Below are positions 51,560 to 60,933 of a DNA stretch of 64,000 nucleotides, one piece after another. Within the stretch, counting starts at the first letter, position 1. Each line of letters begins with the position of its first letter. The DNA is from Thermodesulfobacteriota bacterium (GTDB lineage: Bacteria; Desulfobacterota; Desulfarculia; JACQYL01). Location of the stretch: assembly GCA_963675595.2 (NCBI GenBank), contig CAXXLZ010000002.1, forward strand, positions 832,001 through 896,000. The letters run 5' to 3'. Both the position numbers and the translations under genes were made by a program. Under the pieces are notes generated by a model. It was not told the DNA's origin. It saw only the letters and a program-made list of their open reading frames with translations, and made no database searches.

Positions 51560-53069
51560 GTTTTGGGTTTTTTACCTTTTGGAAACCGGCCCGGCCTGTT
51601 CGGGTCAGGTTAAACCGGCATTTGGACTCGTCCATATATGGGATGCCCGTTTTCCATATATGTAGCATATATGCGGCAAGCCGCACGCACACGCGAACCC
51701 GAAAGACCTTATGGAGTTCGTCATGACCGTACCGCACCCCATCCGGAAGACCCTCGCACCGGCCGCCGTGACGGCCTTGCTGATCCTTTGCGCATCGGTA
51801 TTCTTGGGTGTCCCCTCCCTCGGGGCCGCCCCAAAAGGCATCGAGGTGACGGCAAGGACACCGGGGGGCACGCGCACCATCCCCCTGTATTCGGGCTACT
51901 ATGCCCTGGTGGTGGCTTGTGCGGACTACCGCAACGGCTGGCCCAAGCTCAGAAATCCGGTGCGGGACGGAGAGGAGGTCGCGGGCGTCTTCCGACACAT
52001 GGGCTGGACGGTGGAAACCCTGGAAAACCCCACGGGCGCCAAGCTGCGAAGAGCACTCAATGAATTCATCGCCGGTCCGGGCAAGGACCCGGAAAAAGGC
52101 CTGCTGATCTTTTTTTCGGGCCACGGCCAAACCCTGGAACAGGCGGACGGCACCAAGCTCGGGTACATCGTTCCGGTGGATGCGCCTCTCCCATACGACG
52201 ACGAAGTGGGGTTCATGGACCGTGCCTACAGCATGCGCCAATTCGAGACCGTGGCCAACCGATGCCGCTCCAAGCACGTGTTGATGGTGTTCGACTCGTG
52301 CTTCAGCGGCGCGATTTTCACCCTGACCAAGGCCGCGCCCTCCCCCTACATCGAAGAAAAGGTCGCTTGGCCGGTACGGCAGTTCATCACGGCCGGCACC
52401 GAAGAAGAACAGGTTCCCGACCAATCGGTGTTCAAGGACACGTTTATCTACGGGATAAGAGACGGGTTCGCCGACCGCAATAAGGACTGCTATGTCACGG
52501 GCGAGGAAATCGGAGCCTACCTGCAGGAACAGGTGGTGAACTACTCGCACAAGGCCCAGCATCCCCAGTACGGCAAGATCAACAATCCCCATCTGGACAA
52601 GGGCGATTTCGTGTTCGCGTCCCTGCAGGGGGCATCCTGGTGCACGCAGGGTCCGGAACCCGGGGCGCTGAAAGTCACGGCGAGCGTACCCGGAGCCAAG
52701 GTGTACGTGGACGACCAATACCGGGGCACGGCGCCCGTCGTGATTTCGGACTTGGCGCCCGGAACGCGCCGGCTCCGCATCACTTTGGACGGGTACGAAT
52801 CCTGGGAACAAAGCGTACAGGTGGAACAGGGCCGAACGACCCATCAACACGCGGTGCTCACGGCGTCCAAATCCAAATTCGGACGACTGTACGTGGATTG
52901 CGAGCCGTCGGACGCCCGCGTCCGAATCCTCAACATTGCGCCGCCCTTCCGCCAGGGCATGGAACTGGAGCCGGGGCGGTATCATCTGGAGGTCTCGGCG
53001 GAAGGATACGAAGAGCACGAGGAATGGATCGACCTGGACGCCGGGGAGGACCGGGACGTGGCAATCCGG
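50645..53069 (+). repeat. 96-bp direct repeat shared by the two caspase genes (50645-50740 and 52974-53069)
   Basis: 92/96 identical by manual alignment; encodes GRYHLEVSAEGYEEHEEWIDLxAGEDRDVxIR. Confidence 0.9.
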
Positions 53070-53849
53070 TTGTTGGCGGTTCCCAAGAAATCCGAACCCC
53101 CCGCACCAAAAGCCGGAGAGACCATAGTGGATCGCATTGCCGGCGTGGAGTTCACCTTCGCGTATATTCCACCCGGCACCTTCACCATGGGAAGCCCAGG
53201 CAACGAGCCGGGCCGCTATGACAAGGAGACGCAGCGCCAGGTGACGCTTACCCGTGGGTACTACCTTCAGACCACAGAGATCACGCAAGGGCAGTGGAAG
53301 GCCGTCATGAGGAGCATTCCTTCCTATTTTAAGAATTGCGGAGACGACTGCCCGGTGGAGAACATTTCCTGGAACGACTGTCAGGAGTTCATCGGGAAGT
53401 TGAATCGATTGGCGGGAGGGAATCGCTATCGGCTGCCCACGGAAGCGGAATGGGAGTATGCGGCGCGGACCGGCACCGCCACCCCTTTCGCTTTCGGAAC
53501 CTGTCTATCAACCGAAGATGCGAATTATGACGGGAATTACCCGTTGTCGGGCTGTCCGAAAGCTGAATACCGAGGAAAGACGGTTCGTACAGGCAGCCTG
53601 TCGGCCAATGGATGGGGATTGTACGACATGCACGGCAATGTATATGAGTGGTGTCAAGACTGGTACGGCAAGTATCCGAGTGGCTCCGTAGCTGATCCCA
53701 CCGGTCCGCCGTCGGGCTCGAACCGGGTGAAACGCGGCGGCTGTTGGTACGGTGGCGCGGAGTTCTGCCGTTCGGCGTTTCGGGACAACGACACGCCGGA
53801 TTACCGCATCAGCACTATCGGCGCGCGTCTGCTGAGGTCTTACCCCTGA
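51723..53849 (+). CDS. secreted caspase-family (C14) + 2xPEGA + FGE-sulfatase/C-lectin-fold protein
   Basis: Signal peptide; FFSGHG, FDSCFSG; ASVPGAKVYVD PEGA; YRLPTEAEWEYAAR, GLYDMHGNVYEW, RVKRGGCW. Confidence 0.92.
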   Translation: MTVPHPIRKTLAPAAVTALLILCASVFLGVPSLGAAPKGIEVTARTPGGTRTIPLYSGYYALVVACADYRNGWPKLRNPVRDGEEVAGVFRHMGWTVETLENPTGAKLRRALNEFIAGPGKDPEKGLLIFFSGHGQTLEQADGTKLGYIVPVDAPLPYDDEVGFMDRAYSMRQFETVANRCRSKHVLMVFDSCFSGAIFTLTKAAPSPYIEEKVAWPVRQFITAGTEEEQVPDQSVFKDTFIYGIRDGFADRNKDCYVTGEEIGAYLQEQVVNYSHKAQHPQYGKINNPHLDKGDFVFASLQGASWCTQGPEPGALKVTASVPGAKVYVDDQYRGTAPVVISDLAPGTRRLRITLDGYESWEQSVQVEQGRTTHQHAVLTASKSKFGRLYVDCEPSDARVRILNIAPPFRQGMELEPGRYHLEVSAEGYEEHEEWIDLDAGEDRDVAIRLLAVPKKSEPPAPKAGETIVDRIAGVEFTFAYIPPGTFTMGSPGNEPGRYDKETQRQVTLTRGYYLQTTEITQGQWKAVMRSIPSYFKNCGDDCPVENISWNDCQEFIGKLNRLAGGNRYRLPTEAEWEYAARTGTATPFAFGTCLSTEDANYDGNYPLSGCPKAEYRGKTVRTGSLSANGWGLYDMHGNVYEWCQDWYGKYPSGSVADPTGPPSGSNRVKRGGCWYGGAEFCRSAFRDNDTPDYRISTIGARLLRSYP

Positions 53850-53986
53850 TCCCTTTCACCCTGTGCGGTTTTCCTTGCCGGGGAGGGACGGGGTTCGAAG
53901 CGAAAAGGGCGGAGCCTGCGGGGCTTGGACTGTTTGTAGCGAGAGGTGTTTGGTAGGCGGTGCCGTAACTGCCTTCCGATCCGCTG

Positions 53987-54181
53987 TCACGGCGTTGACG
54001 TGATATTGCGTCCCAGACCCAACCTCAGCGCATCCAAATCAAGCCTTGACCCGGGACAAAGGGTGTGTTCACCGGACACTTCCTTGTGGCCCTTCACTTC
54101 TGAAACCTCGATTCCGTAGGTTTCCGACAGCTCGTGGATGAACTTTTCGAGGTTCTTGTCCCAGAAAACCCCGCCCGGCAT
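53987..54181 (-). pseudogene. C-terminal fragment of an N-acetylmuramoyl-L-alanine amidase (Amidase_2-like)
   Basis: L..L...YGI....VKGHKEV....TLCPG...D motif; the N-terminal part is absent. Confidence 0.6.
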
Positions 54182-54459
54182 CGAAGGCGGCCCATCAAGC
54201 TGCTTAGATTCATTGGTCTGTCATTTTGACGTTCTATCGATATAGTGATAACAAATTTGCTTCTATCCAGAATATGCATCAAGCCAAATTCCAGAAAATT
54301 TAACATGTACACAATATAAGGCAAAAAAGTATTTCATACTTTTCAAGCCTGTTTGTCAAAGTGTGTCCATATTTTTCCCTTGCGTGTGTTATCTCATGTG
54401 TCATAATTTTTCCTCCGTGATTTAAGGCGTCGAACACCGGCTGCTTGCAAAGGAAACTG

Positions 54460-54686
54460 ATGGCAAGAGACGATCGGAACCTTTCTAAATTGGTGAAGGA
54501 AGTCCGAGGCAGTGGTCCCTGAGCCAGGAGGACCTAACCCGGGAACTCGGTATCAGCTTTGCCGCCGTGAACCGGTGGGAAAACGGCTTGGTAAAACCGT
54601 CGAAGCTGGCCAAAGCGCAGCTGGACAATTTCTGTGTCAAAATGACCCGGCAAGGAAAACTGAAGATGACCGGAGGCGAGAAATGA
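54460..54686 (+). pseudogene. frameshifted XRE-family HTH regulator
   Basis: MARDDRNLSKLVKEVR, then a frame change to LSQEDLTRELGISFAAVNRWENGLVKPSKLA...GGEK*. Confidence 0.75.
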
Positions 54687-54845
54687 GCAAACTTGATGCC
54701 AATCTCGCCGTTGAGAACCAAATGTGGGCGGATGGGGATAGTATGCGGGGTATATGATTGCCTCGGAGTACAAGCACGTAGTTCGAGACTGATTTTACTG
54801 AAATACGTTTTAGACGCCTTTCAGGCCAAGTACAAGCAGCTTTAG
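54683..54845 (+). pseudogene. hsdM: decayed 5' remnant of type I R-M methyltransferase
   Basis: Three frames give ANLAVENQMWADGDSMRG / MIASEYKHVV / LILLKYVLDAFQAKYKQL*, matching the HsdM N-terminal pattern; ATGA overlap with the XRE gene. Confidence 0.75.
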
Positions 54846-54970
54846 GTGAGGAAGGATACACGCGCCCACTCAACGAGGAACGTAGACATGTTGGGGCTCT
54901 CGGACAAAGCAGGCATCCTGTAAATCGGGCCACGGTCCGGGGGGGCCAACTGCATGAATATGGAGCAATC

Positions 54971-57900
54971 ATGAAAGTCAGCGTAATCCCGTGTGGCGAA
55001 GTGGTGAATGAAAGCGAAGCACTAGCCATCGATCGGCTTAAACGAAATCTGCAAAGCACAGCAGCGCCTAACGGGCAAAGCCCGGAGGACGAGTGGATTC
55101 TGCTGACGAACCTGGCTTTCTCGGTTACGCACCAATTTCAGTCCGACGACATCGATATCATTGCGATCGGACCACCAGGTGTGCGCGTCATCGAAGTTAA
55201 GCACTGGTCCATTGGGTGGTACGATTCTCACGTTGATCTGATCGCAAAGGAAGCCGACAAGCTCACATTCAAGGCGCGGAAAATCGGTACGACTCTGCGG
55301 CGCGTCGCTGCGGACTTACCTCGGGTAGACGGCACAATCCTGCTGACACGCCAGCCATCCAAAGTCCGGAAGATTGTGGAACGCGGAACGGTTCGGGGTG
55401 TTTCTCTTTATTCACTCAACCAATGGAAGAACGCCGTCGGTTTCGAAGAGCCTCAGGTACTTACACCTAATCAAGTGCGATCACTCGCTAAGGCAATCGA
55501 GCCGAAGAGCGCTGTGCGACTGGAAGGCTCGCTTCGTCGCCTTGCGGGGTACATCAATCTGGAGCTACAGACGCCTAAAGACGAACGCTTCCATCGCATC
55601 TATCGCGGCAGCCATCCGACACGTCGAGACAAGGTCATCTTGCACCTCTATGACCTGTCGGCGATCGACGAGGGCAAGGCTGAAGCCCGGGCTCGCCGCG
55701 AAGCCGAAGCCCTTCAACGGCTGCAGCTCTATCCATGGGCTCCGCGTATCCTCGATTCTTTTCAGGACGCTCCGGCGTATGCGGGAGAGATGTATTTCTT
55801 CACCATTGCCGACCCCGCCGCCCCAACATTGAAGATCCGCGCGGACGACGATGATTGGAGTCCAAGCGCTCGCGTATTGTTTGCGCGGGAAGCGATCCAT
55901 GCGCTTGACGAACTGCACAACGCGGGTGATGCCGACGACGCACTCGTTCACCGAAATTTGACGCCGCAGACAATTCTCGTCCGCTACGATAATACACCAA
56001 TCTTTACGGGGTTTGACCGAACGCGGATTCCGTCCGACATCAGTGTGGCATCCAGTAATTCGCCGGTCGACAAAACGCAAGCATGGACCGCCCCCGAAGT
56101 CATCTCACAGGGGCTCGGCGCTGCCGACCAGCGTTCGGATATTTACTCGTTGTGCTTCTGCCTGAGCGGGTTGTTTGCCGACCTGACAGACGATGATAGT
56201 ACTAGGGCTTTCGAGATTCTTGCTTCCGGTCAGGATTCGCAACCGGAGCAGCGGAGCCGGCTTGCGGAACTGGAACGATCGATATCCGAGCTGCTGGGTG
56301 ACTCCGTCGCCCCGCCCCCGGCACCTCCGGCGCGATTCTGGACTGAAGATCAAATCGTCCCGTTCCACGGACGTGATTACCGAATCGTCAGCCGCCTTGG
56401 GTCCGGAGGAATCGGGACCGCGTTCAAAGTTGTTGAATTGGAGCGCTCTTCGCAGGAGGAGTTGGGCACATACGTGGCCAAGATCGTCCACGATGGCGAC
56501 ACCGGAAAGCGGGTGCTGAAGTCTTACAGCCTCGTGCGTTCTCATCTTGGTCGCCAGGATGGGCTCTCCCCCATCTTTGAGGTGGCGCGCGAATGGCAGG
56601 AAAACCAGTTCGTCTCACTATTGGGCTGGGTCGACGGAACTCCGCTCAGTGAATTCACAGGCGTGTTTCCTCTTCTGGCTGAAGATCTGGACGAACCGAC
56701 GCCGGAATCACTGGCCGTTCGATGGCTCACAAATCTCTGCGAAGCACTGGATGTCCTGCACCGAAACGGTCTGACTCACGGCGACGTCAGTCCGCGCAAC
56801 ATGATTGTTTCGGGGAGCAATATTGTCCTTACCGACTACGATTTTGTCGCTCGCCTTGATGATCCCGAGTCGGCCGCGGGGACGCTAAGCTATTGTTCGC
56901 CCGAGCGACAGCAGAAGAAACCCTCAACGGCAACCGACGATTTATTTGCGCTTGCAGCCAGCTTCTTCCATGTCTTGTTTGAAAAAGAGCCGTTCCGGTT
57001 CGGCGGAGAGCTTGCCAAAGATCGGGGCTTGAATTGGGATGACGTCGATCACAGCGTATTTCCCATCGTGGCGGGGGTACTTGAACGGGCTACGCACAAA
57101 GATCAAGCGCAGCGGTTTGCGTCGGCGGCAGAAATGCTGCAGGCACTCTCTTCCTCATCGAGGCAGCGGGAGGACGAGCCGCAGGACTCTCAAACCGACC
57201 GGCCGAAAGGGGGCCTGGAGTCGAGTTCCGGCAAAGGCGAGGACGCCTCAAACGCTGCTACGGAACCGATCGAAAGCCTTCCAACTGGGGTGGAAGTTGT
57301 CGGAGCCTTAAGCGAACAGCGTGTGGACTGGCTGAAATCGCTTCTGCAGTCATATCCCGGGTCACGATGGGGAAACAGTGAAACTCGCGGATTGGACACA
57401 GAGTTTGCGTCCAACACGTACGTCCCAACCACCCTTGAAGAGTCGCTACTCGAAGCAATTCGAACGGCAAGCGTACGGCTCGTGATCCTGTGCGGGAACG
57501 CCGGTGACGGGAAGACGGCCCTGCTCCAGCATCTGGCGTTGAAACTTGGACTCGGTCGGCATCGTTCGGTCGACCGGATTCTCGAAGGCCGCGTACAAAA
57601 CGGTTATCGGGTACGGATGAACCTCGACGGCTCCGCAGCGTGGAAGGGCAAATCAGCGGATGAGCTCTTGGATGGTTTTCTTGCACCTTTTCAGGACGGC
57701 ACGCCGCGCGACAACATTGTGCATCTGCTGGCCATCAATGACGGCCGACTACTTGAATGGGTAGAGGGTATAGAGGGGCGGCTTGATGTTGAAACCAAGC
57801 TCACACAAACGCTTTACGAACTAATACAAGGAAATACCGTTGAACAGGACCCCCAAATCCGCTTTATCAGTCTGAATCAACGATCACTGGTTGGAGGGAT

Positions 57901-59113
57901 TACGCCCGAAGGCACGGACATCGATACGGAATTCCTGGAGCGCCTACTGGATCACCTTTATGGGGGCGGTGAAGCTCAGTATATCTGGTCTTCATGCCCC
58001 AGCTGTTCTGCGAAAGAACGCTGTCACGTCTTTCAGGCGGCAAGGGTTTTCGGTCCTGGTTCTCTGCCCTGGGCGACTTCAGTCGATGTTCGACAGCGCG
58101 CGCGAAAGCGACTGTTCGAAGCACTGCAAGCCGTCCATCTGCGAGGGGAAACACACATCACAGTTCGAGAGCTGCGTGCAGCGCTGGTTTACGTACTTTT
58201 CGGAGTACACTACTGTGACGAGTATCATTCCGGAGAATTCATCGACGAGCAGGGACCGCTGCCTTACTGGGACCGGGCGTTCGCAGCGGATTCGCCGGCG
58301 CGACAGGGCGAAGTGTTACGTGAGCTGGCACGCTTTGACCCAGCACTGGAATCGCATCCCCAAATTGACCGGTATCTGCTGAGCCAGTCGGTGATAGACA
58401 GTTCGCGTTCGACGCCACGTTATCCGGAACTGCCATTAGAATCGGCTCGGAGACGAGCATTTTTTGAGTGGACGGACGAGGATCTTCGCCAAGTGCTGCG
58501 AAGTATAGAGGAACCGAGCCAAGCTCTCAACCTCGCCCGTGGCAGTCATATTGTCGAGTTTCGGCGCATTCCCTTGATTCGTGATGCGAACCAGCTGGCA
58601 GATATCACTCGCCGGCTGTGCGACGGTGTTTCGAAACTAGAGGACTTGCCGCCGCGAGCCTTCAAACGCTCCGGTGTCGTGCCGCTCCGGATCACTCCCC
58701 GAACTCCGACAGAAACTGCATTCTGGGTGGAGAAGCCGCTGGAGAATTTTCGAATAGAAGCGGTCTTGCCTCCGGAAACAAAAGGCATCGAGAGGCTGCA
58801 TCGGCAGGTGGCTCTGATCTACCGATATCGTGATGGAAACGAAGAGCGACTGCTGCTTGGCGCGGAGCTGTTCCATCTATTGCTGGAACTGGCTGAAGGC
58901 TATCAACTCGGTGATGTGTCAACAGACGATACATTCGCTCATCTTTCAATCTTCGTGCAGCGACTGGTCCGTGAAGATGAACGGGAGCTGCTGGCTTGGA
59001 ATCCGATGCAAGACGAAAAGCTTTATCGCGTCGCCGCCGTTGTTCAGAGCACACCGGACGGAGTGAAGCAGGAACTGCAGATTCATGAGATCTCGTCGGA
59101 GGTGGCACTATGA
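54971..59113 (+). CDS. NERD nuclease + pseudokinase + Ser/Thr kinase + DptF-like ATPase (MAD6/PglW-like)
   Basis: NERD SE...DIDIIAIGP.GVRVIEVKHW; kinase 1 HRNLTP...GFD; kinase 2 GSGGIG, VAK, HGDVSPRN, TDYD; Walker A GNAGDGKT; LAINDGRL. Confidence 0.85.
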   Translation: MKVSVIPCGEVVNESEALAIDRLKRNLQSTAAPNGQSPEDEWILLTNLAFSVTHQFQSDDIDIIAIGPPGVRVIEVKHWSIGWYDSHVDLIAKEADKLTFKARKIGTTLRRVAADLPRVDGTILLTRQPSKVRKIVERGTVRGVSLYSLNQWKNAVGFEEPQVLTPNQVRSLAKAIEPKSAVRLEGSLRRLAGYINLELQTPKDERFHRIYRGSHPTRRDKVILHLYDLSAIDEGKAEARARREAEALQRLQLYPWAPRILDSFQDAPAYAGEMYFFTIADPAAPTLKIRADDDDWSPSARVLFAREAIHALDELHNAGDADDALVHRNLTPQTILVRYDNTPIFTGFDRTRIPSDISVASSNSPVDKTQAWTAPEVISQGLGAADQRSDIYSLCFCLSGLFADLTDDDSTRAFEILASGQDSQPEQRSRLAELERSISELLGDSVAPPPAPPARFWTEDQIVPFHGRDYRIVSRLGSGGIGTAFKVVELERSSQEELGTYVAKIVHDGDTGKRVLKSYSLVRSHLGRQDGLSPIFEVAREWQENQFVSLLGWVDGTPLSEFTGVFPLLAEDLDEPTPESLAVRWLTNLCEALDVLHRNGLTHGDVSPRNMIVSGSNIVLTDYDFVARLDDPESAAGTLSYCSPERQQKKPSTATDDLFALAASFFHVLFEKEPFRFGGELAKDRGLNWDDVDHSVFPIVAGVLERATHKDQAQRFASAAEMLQALSSSSRQREDEPQDSQTDRPKGGLESSSGKGEDASNAATEPIESLPTGVEVVGALSEQRVDWLKSLLQSYPGSRWGNSETRGLDTEFASNTYVPTTLEESLLEAIRTASVRLVILCGNAGDGKTALLQHLALKLGLGRHRSVDRILEGRVQNGYRVRMNLDGSAAWKGKSADELLDGFLAPFQDGTPRDNIVHLLAINDGRLLEWVEGIEGRLDVETKLTQTLYELIQGNTVEQDPQIRFISLNQRSLVGGITPEGTDIDTEFLERLLDHLYGGGEAQYIWSSCPSCSAKERCHVFQAARVFGPGSLPWATSVDVRQRARKRLFEALQAVHLRGETHITVRELRAALVYVLFGVHYCDEYHSGEFIDEQGPLPYWDRAFAADSPARQGEVLRELARFDPALESHPQIDRYLLSQSVIDSSRSTPRYPELPLESARRRAFFEWTDEDLRQVLRSIEEPSQALNLARGSHIVEFRRIPLIRDANQLADITRRLCDGVSKLEDLPPRAFKRSGVVPLRITPRTPTETAFWVEKPLENFRIEAVLPPETKGIERLHRQVALIYRYRDGNEERLLLGAELFHLLLELAEGYQLGDVSTDDTFAHLSIFVQRLVREDERELLAWNPMQDEKLYRVAAVVQSTPDGVKQELQIHEISSEVAL

Positions 59114-60933
59114 GCAGAGCCTCTTCTGGTCGGACCGCTCGCTCCATTGTCGATGAGGTTCTCGGACGCGGGATGACGAAAGCAATTTGGACAGCCAATT
59201 ACGAAAAGGTCTTGCCGCTCAGTGTGCAGGAATTCGATTTAAGGGCGATTCTTCCTGCCATCTTCTACATGTTCAGGTTTGGCCACCGGCGGGGGAAAGG
59301 ACAATTCATAGAAACGTTTGGCGGCGAAATTACGGCAAGTGAAAAGAAGAAGATTGTGACGATTGACCGAGTGGCCTGTGTGCTTGCGGAGCACGAGCCA
59401 TTCACCGGCTTCACGGCTCCAGTCGAGAAGGCGATTCTTGGGGACCTGTTGCTTTGCTTCTGTCTAGAAAACAAGAACCGTGAATTGGGTCGGCAAGAGC
59501 AGGTCATTCGCGTTGCACCAGCTCACTACATGGCGAGTTGGATCGATTTGCCACAGGCTGTCGGGCACCTTCGGTTCGTTCCGGAAATGCTCGTAGCCAT
59601 GTTGGCCGGTCAGGATGGCGAGCACGTCGACCAGAACAAAGAAAGTGACAAGACGTGGTTTGCAATAGGTCGGGGATTCGAAGAAAATCTTTTGCTTAAA
59701 GTCTTCCACAAAGGAGTCTTGCGCGACGGTCCTTTGGGTGACCGCAAATCCGATCGCTTTGACGAAAGTGCGGAAGTTGGGATCGACCAGTTGCTGATGA
59801 TCCGTTTGGCCCAGCAGCTTGGACAGGCTCCGGACAAGCTGCGTGGTAAGGAAAGCGGCGGTGATCGGATTTCTAACCAGCGTCCGATTGCTGAACGAGC
59901 GGCGCGGCGGTTTTCGGAGGATTTACGGCGTTTCATTCGCGCTTACGCGGATGTGATTCCTCGGCACTCATTCGTCGAAATGCTGGAAGCCTGTATAGCG
60001 GTTGGGCTGGCAACCATCTTCACCAGCGTTGTCGAGCTGTTGTTTGAGTGGGTCGACACCGGTACAATCCGAGCAACGAATGACCAGTCCCCGGCAGGCC
60101 TGTTCGTGGACTGTTCAAATGGTGTGCAGCGGTCCTTACGCGCGGTTGCCGAGCAATCGATGGACGATTTCATGCGCAGAATCGAGCGATTGCCTGTCGT
60201 TTTGATGGCACTCCGGCTGTTGGATTACCAGGCACGCTACGACCCCAGTCTCAAGAAGGTCGATCCCAAATGCAGACCTTATGCTACCGCATGGGTCAAT
60301 CTGCTGGGTGACCTCTTGAAAGAACGCCGCGATGAAGCCCGCGATGTACATCGTGACTTGGAACGGTACGCTCAACGTCTCGCGGAGGCTTTTGAGGATG
60401 ACTATCCCGAAGCGGCGGAAATTCTCGGGAACGAAAAGAGCCAACCCAGTCCAGTATGGCGAATGGCCGAAACCCTCACATTCTTGCAAGGGCGTGGAAA
60501 CACTATCGCAAAGGTCGTTGAGCTAGTGGACTCCAGCACGATGGCTGCTCGTCCTAACGGGATCGCAGCGAAACGCAGAGTCAGTCGCACAGCCGTTGGA
60601 TCAGGGCGAAAGACGCGCGATGTTCGATCCGTCATCCTTACAGATGCCGTCCTCGATCATCTCGTCCACCGTCACGTTCTGCGGACTGGAAAAGCGGGTG
60701 GATATCGTCCCTGTGCATTTACCGATTTTCTGACCATTCTGCGGAAACGACATGGATTCTGTATCGAAGCCGCTCCACCCGGAGTCACAGTTTCTAATGA
60801 TCTGCTCCGCGAGAATCGCTCCATTCTCGAACGTCGGCTGCGTGATCTGGGACTGCTGGTCGGAGTCAATGATGCCGAATCAATGAAGTATCTCAGGCCG
60901 CGGTTTGAACCCACACAGGGGGATGACCAATGA
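59110..60933 (+). CDS. DptG/MAD7-like defence protein
   Basis: ATGA-coupled on both sides; C-terminal FL..L.KRHG...LERRLRDLGLLVGVNDAESMKYL resembles the DptG-type C-terminus. Confidence 0.6.
   Translation: MSRASSGRTARSIVDEVLGRGMTKAIWTANYEKVLPLSVQEFDLRAILPAIFYMFRFGHRRGKGQFIETFGGEITASEKKKIVTIDRVACVLAEHEPFTGFTAPVEKAILGDLLLCFCLENKNRELGRQEQVIRVAPAHYMASWIDLPQAVGHLRFVPEMLVAMLAGQDGEHVDQNKESDKTWFAIGRGFEENLLLKVFHKGVLRDGPLGDRKSDRFDESAEVGIDQLLMIRLAQQLGQAPDKLRGKESGGDRISNQRPIAERAARRFSEDLRRFIRAYADVIPRHSFVEMLEACIAVGLATIFTSVVELLFEWVDTGTIRATNDQSPAGLFVDCSNGVQRSLRAVAEQSMDDFMRRIERLPVVLMALRLLDYQARYDPSLKKVDPKCRPYATAWVNLLGDLLKERRDEARDVHRDLERYAQRLAEAFEDDYPEAAEILGNEKSQPSPVWRMAETLTFLQGRGNTIAKVVELVDSSTMAARPNGIAAKRRVSRTAVGSGRKTRDVRSVILTDAVLDHLVHRHVLRTGKAGGYRPCAFTDFLTILRKRHGFCIEAAPPGVTVSNDLLRENRSILERRLRDLGLLVGVNDAESMKYLRPRFEPTQGDDQ

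Noticed and set aside
49349-53288. Minus-strand ORFs of 682 aa and 580 aa
   Set aside because: Antisense shadows of the caspase-FGE genes.
48844-54970. Complete DGR (template repeat, RT, Avd)
   Set aside because: No AAC-rich non-coding copy of either candidate variable region and no RT (YxDD) ORF found in the window.
54971-59113. Calling the locus BREX type 2 (pglW)
   Set aside because: The N-terminal layout is PglW-like, but no pglX, pglY or pglZ is visible and the downstream genes fit DptG/DptH-like proteins better.
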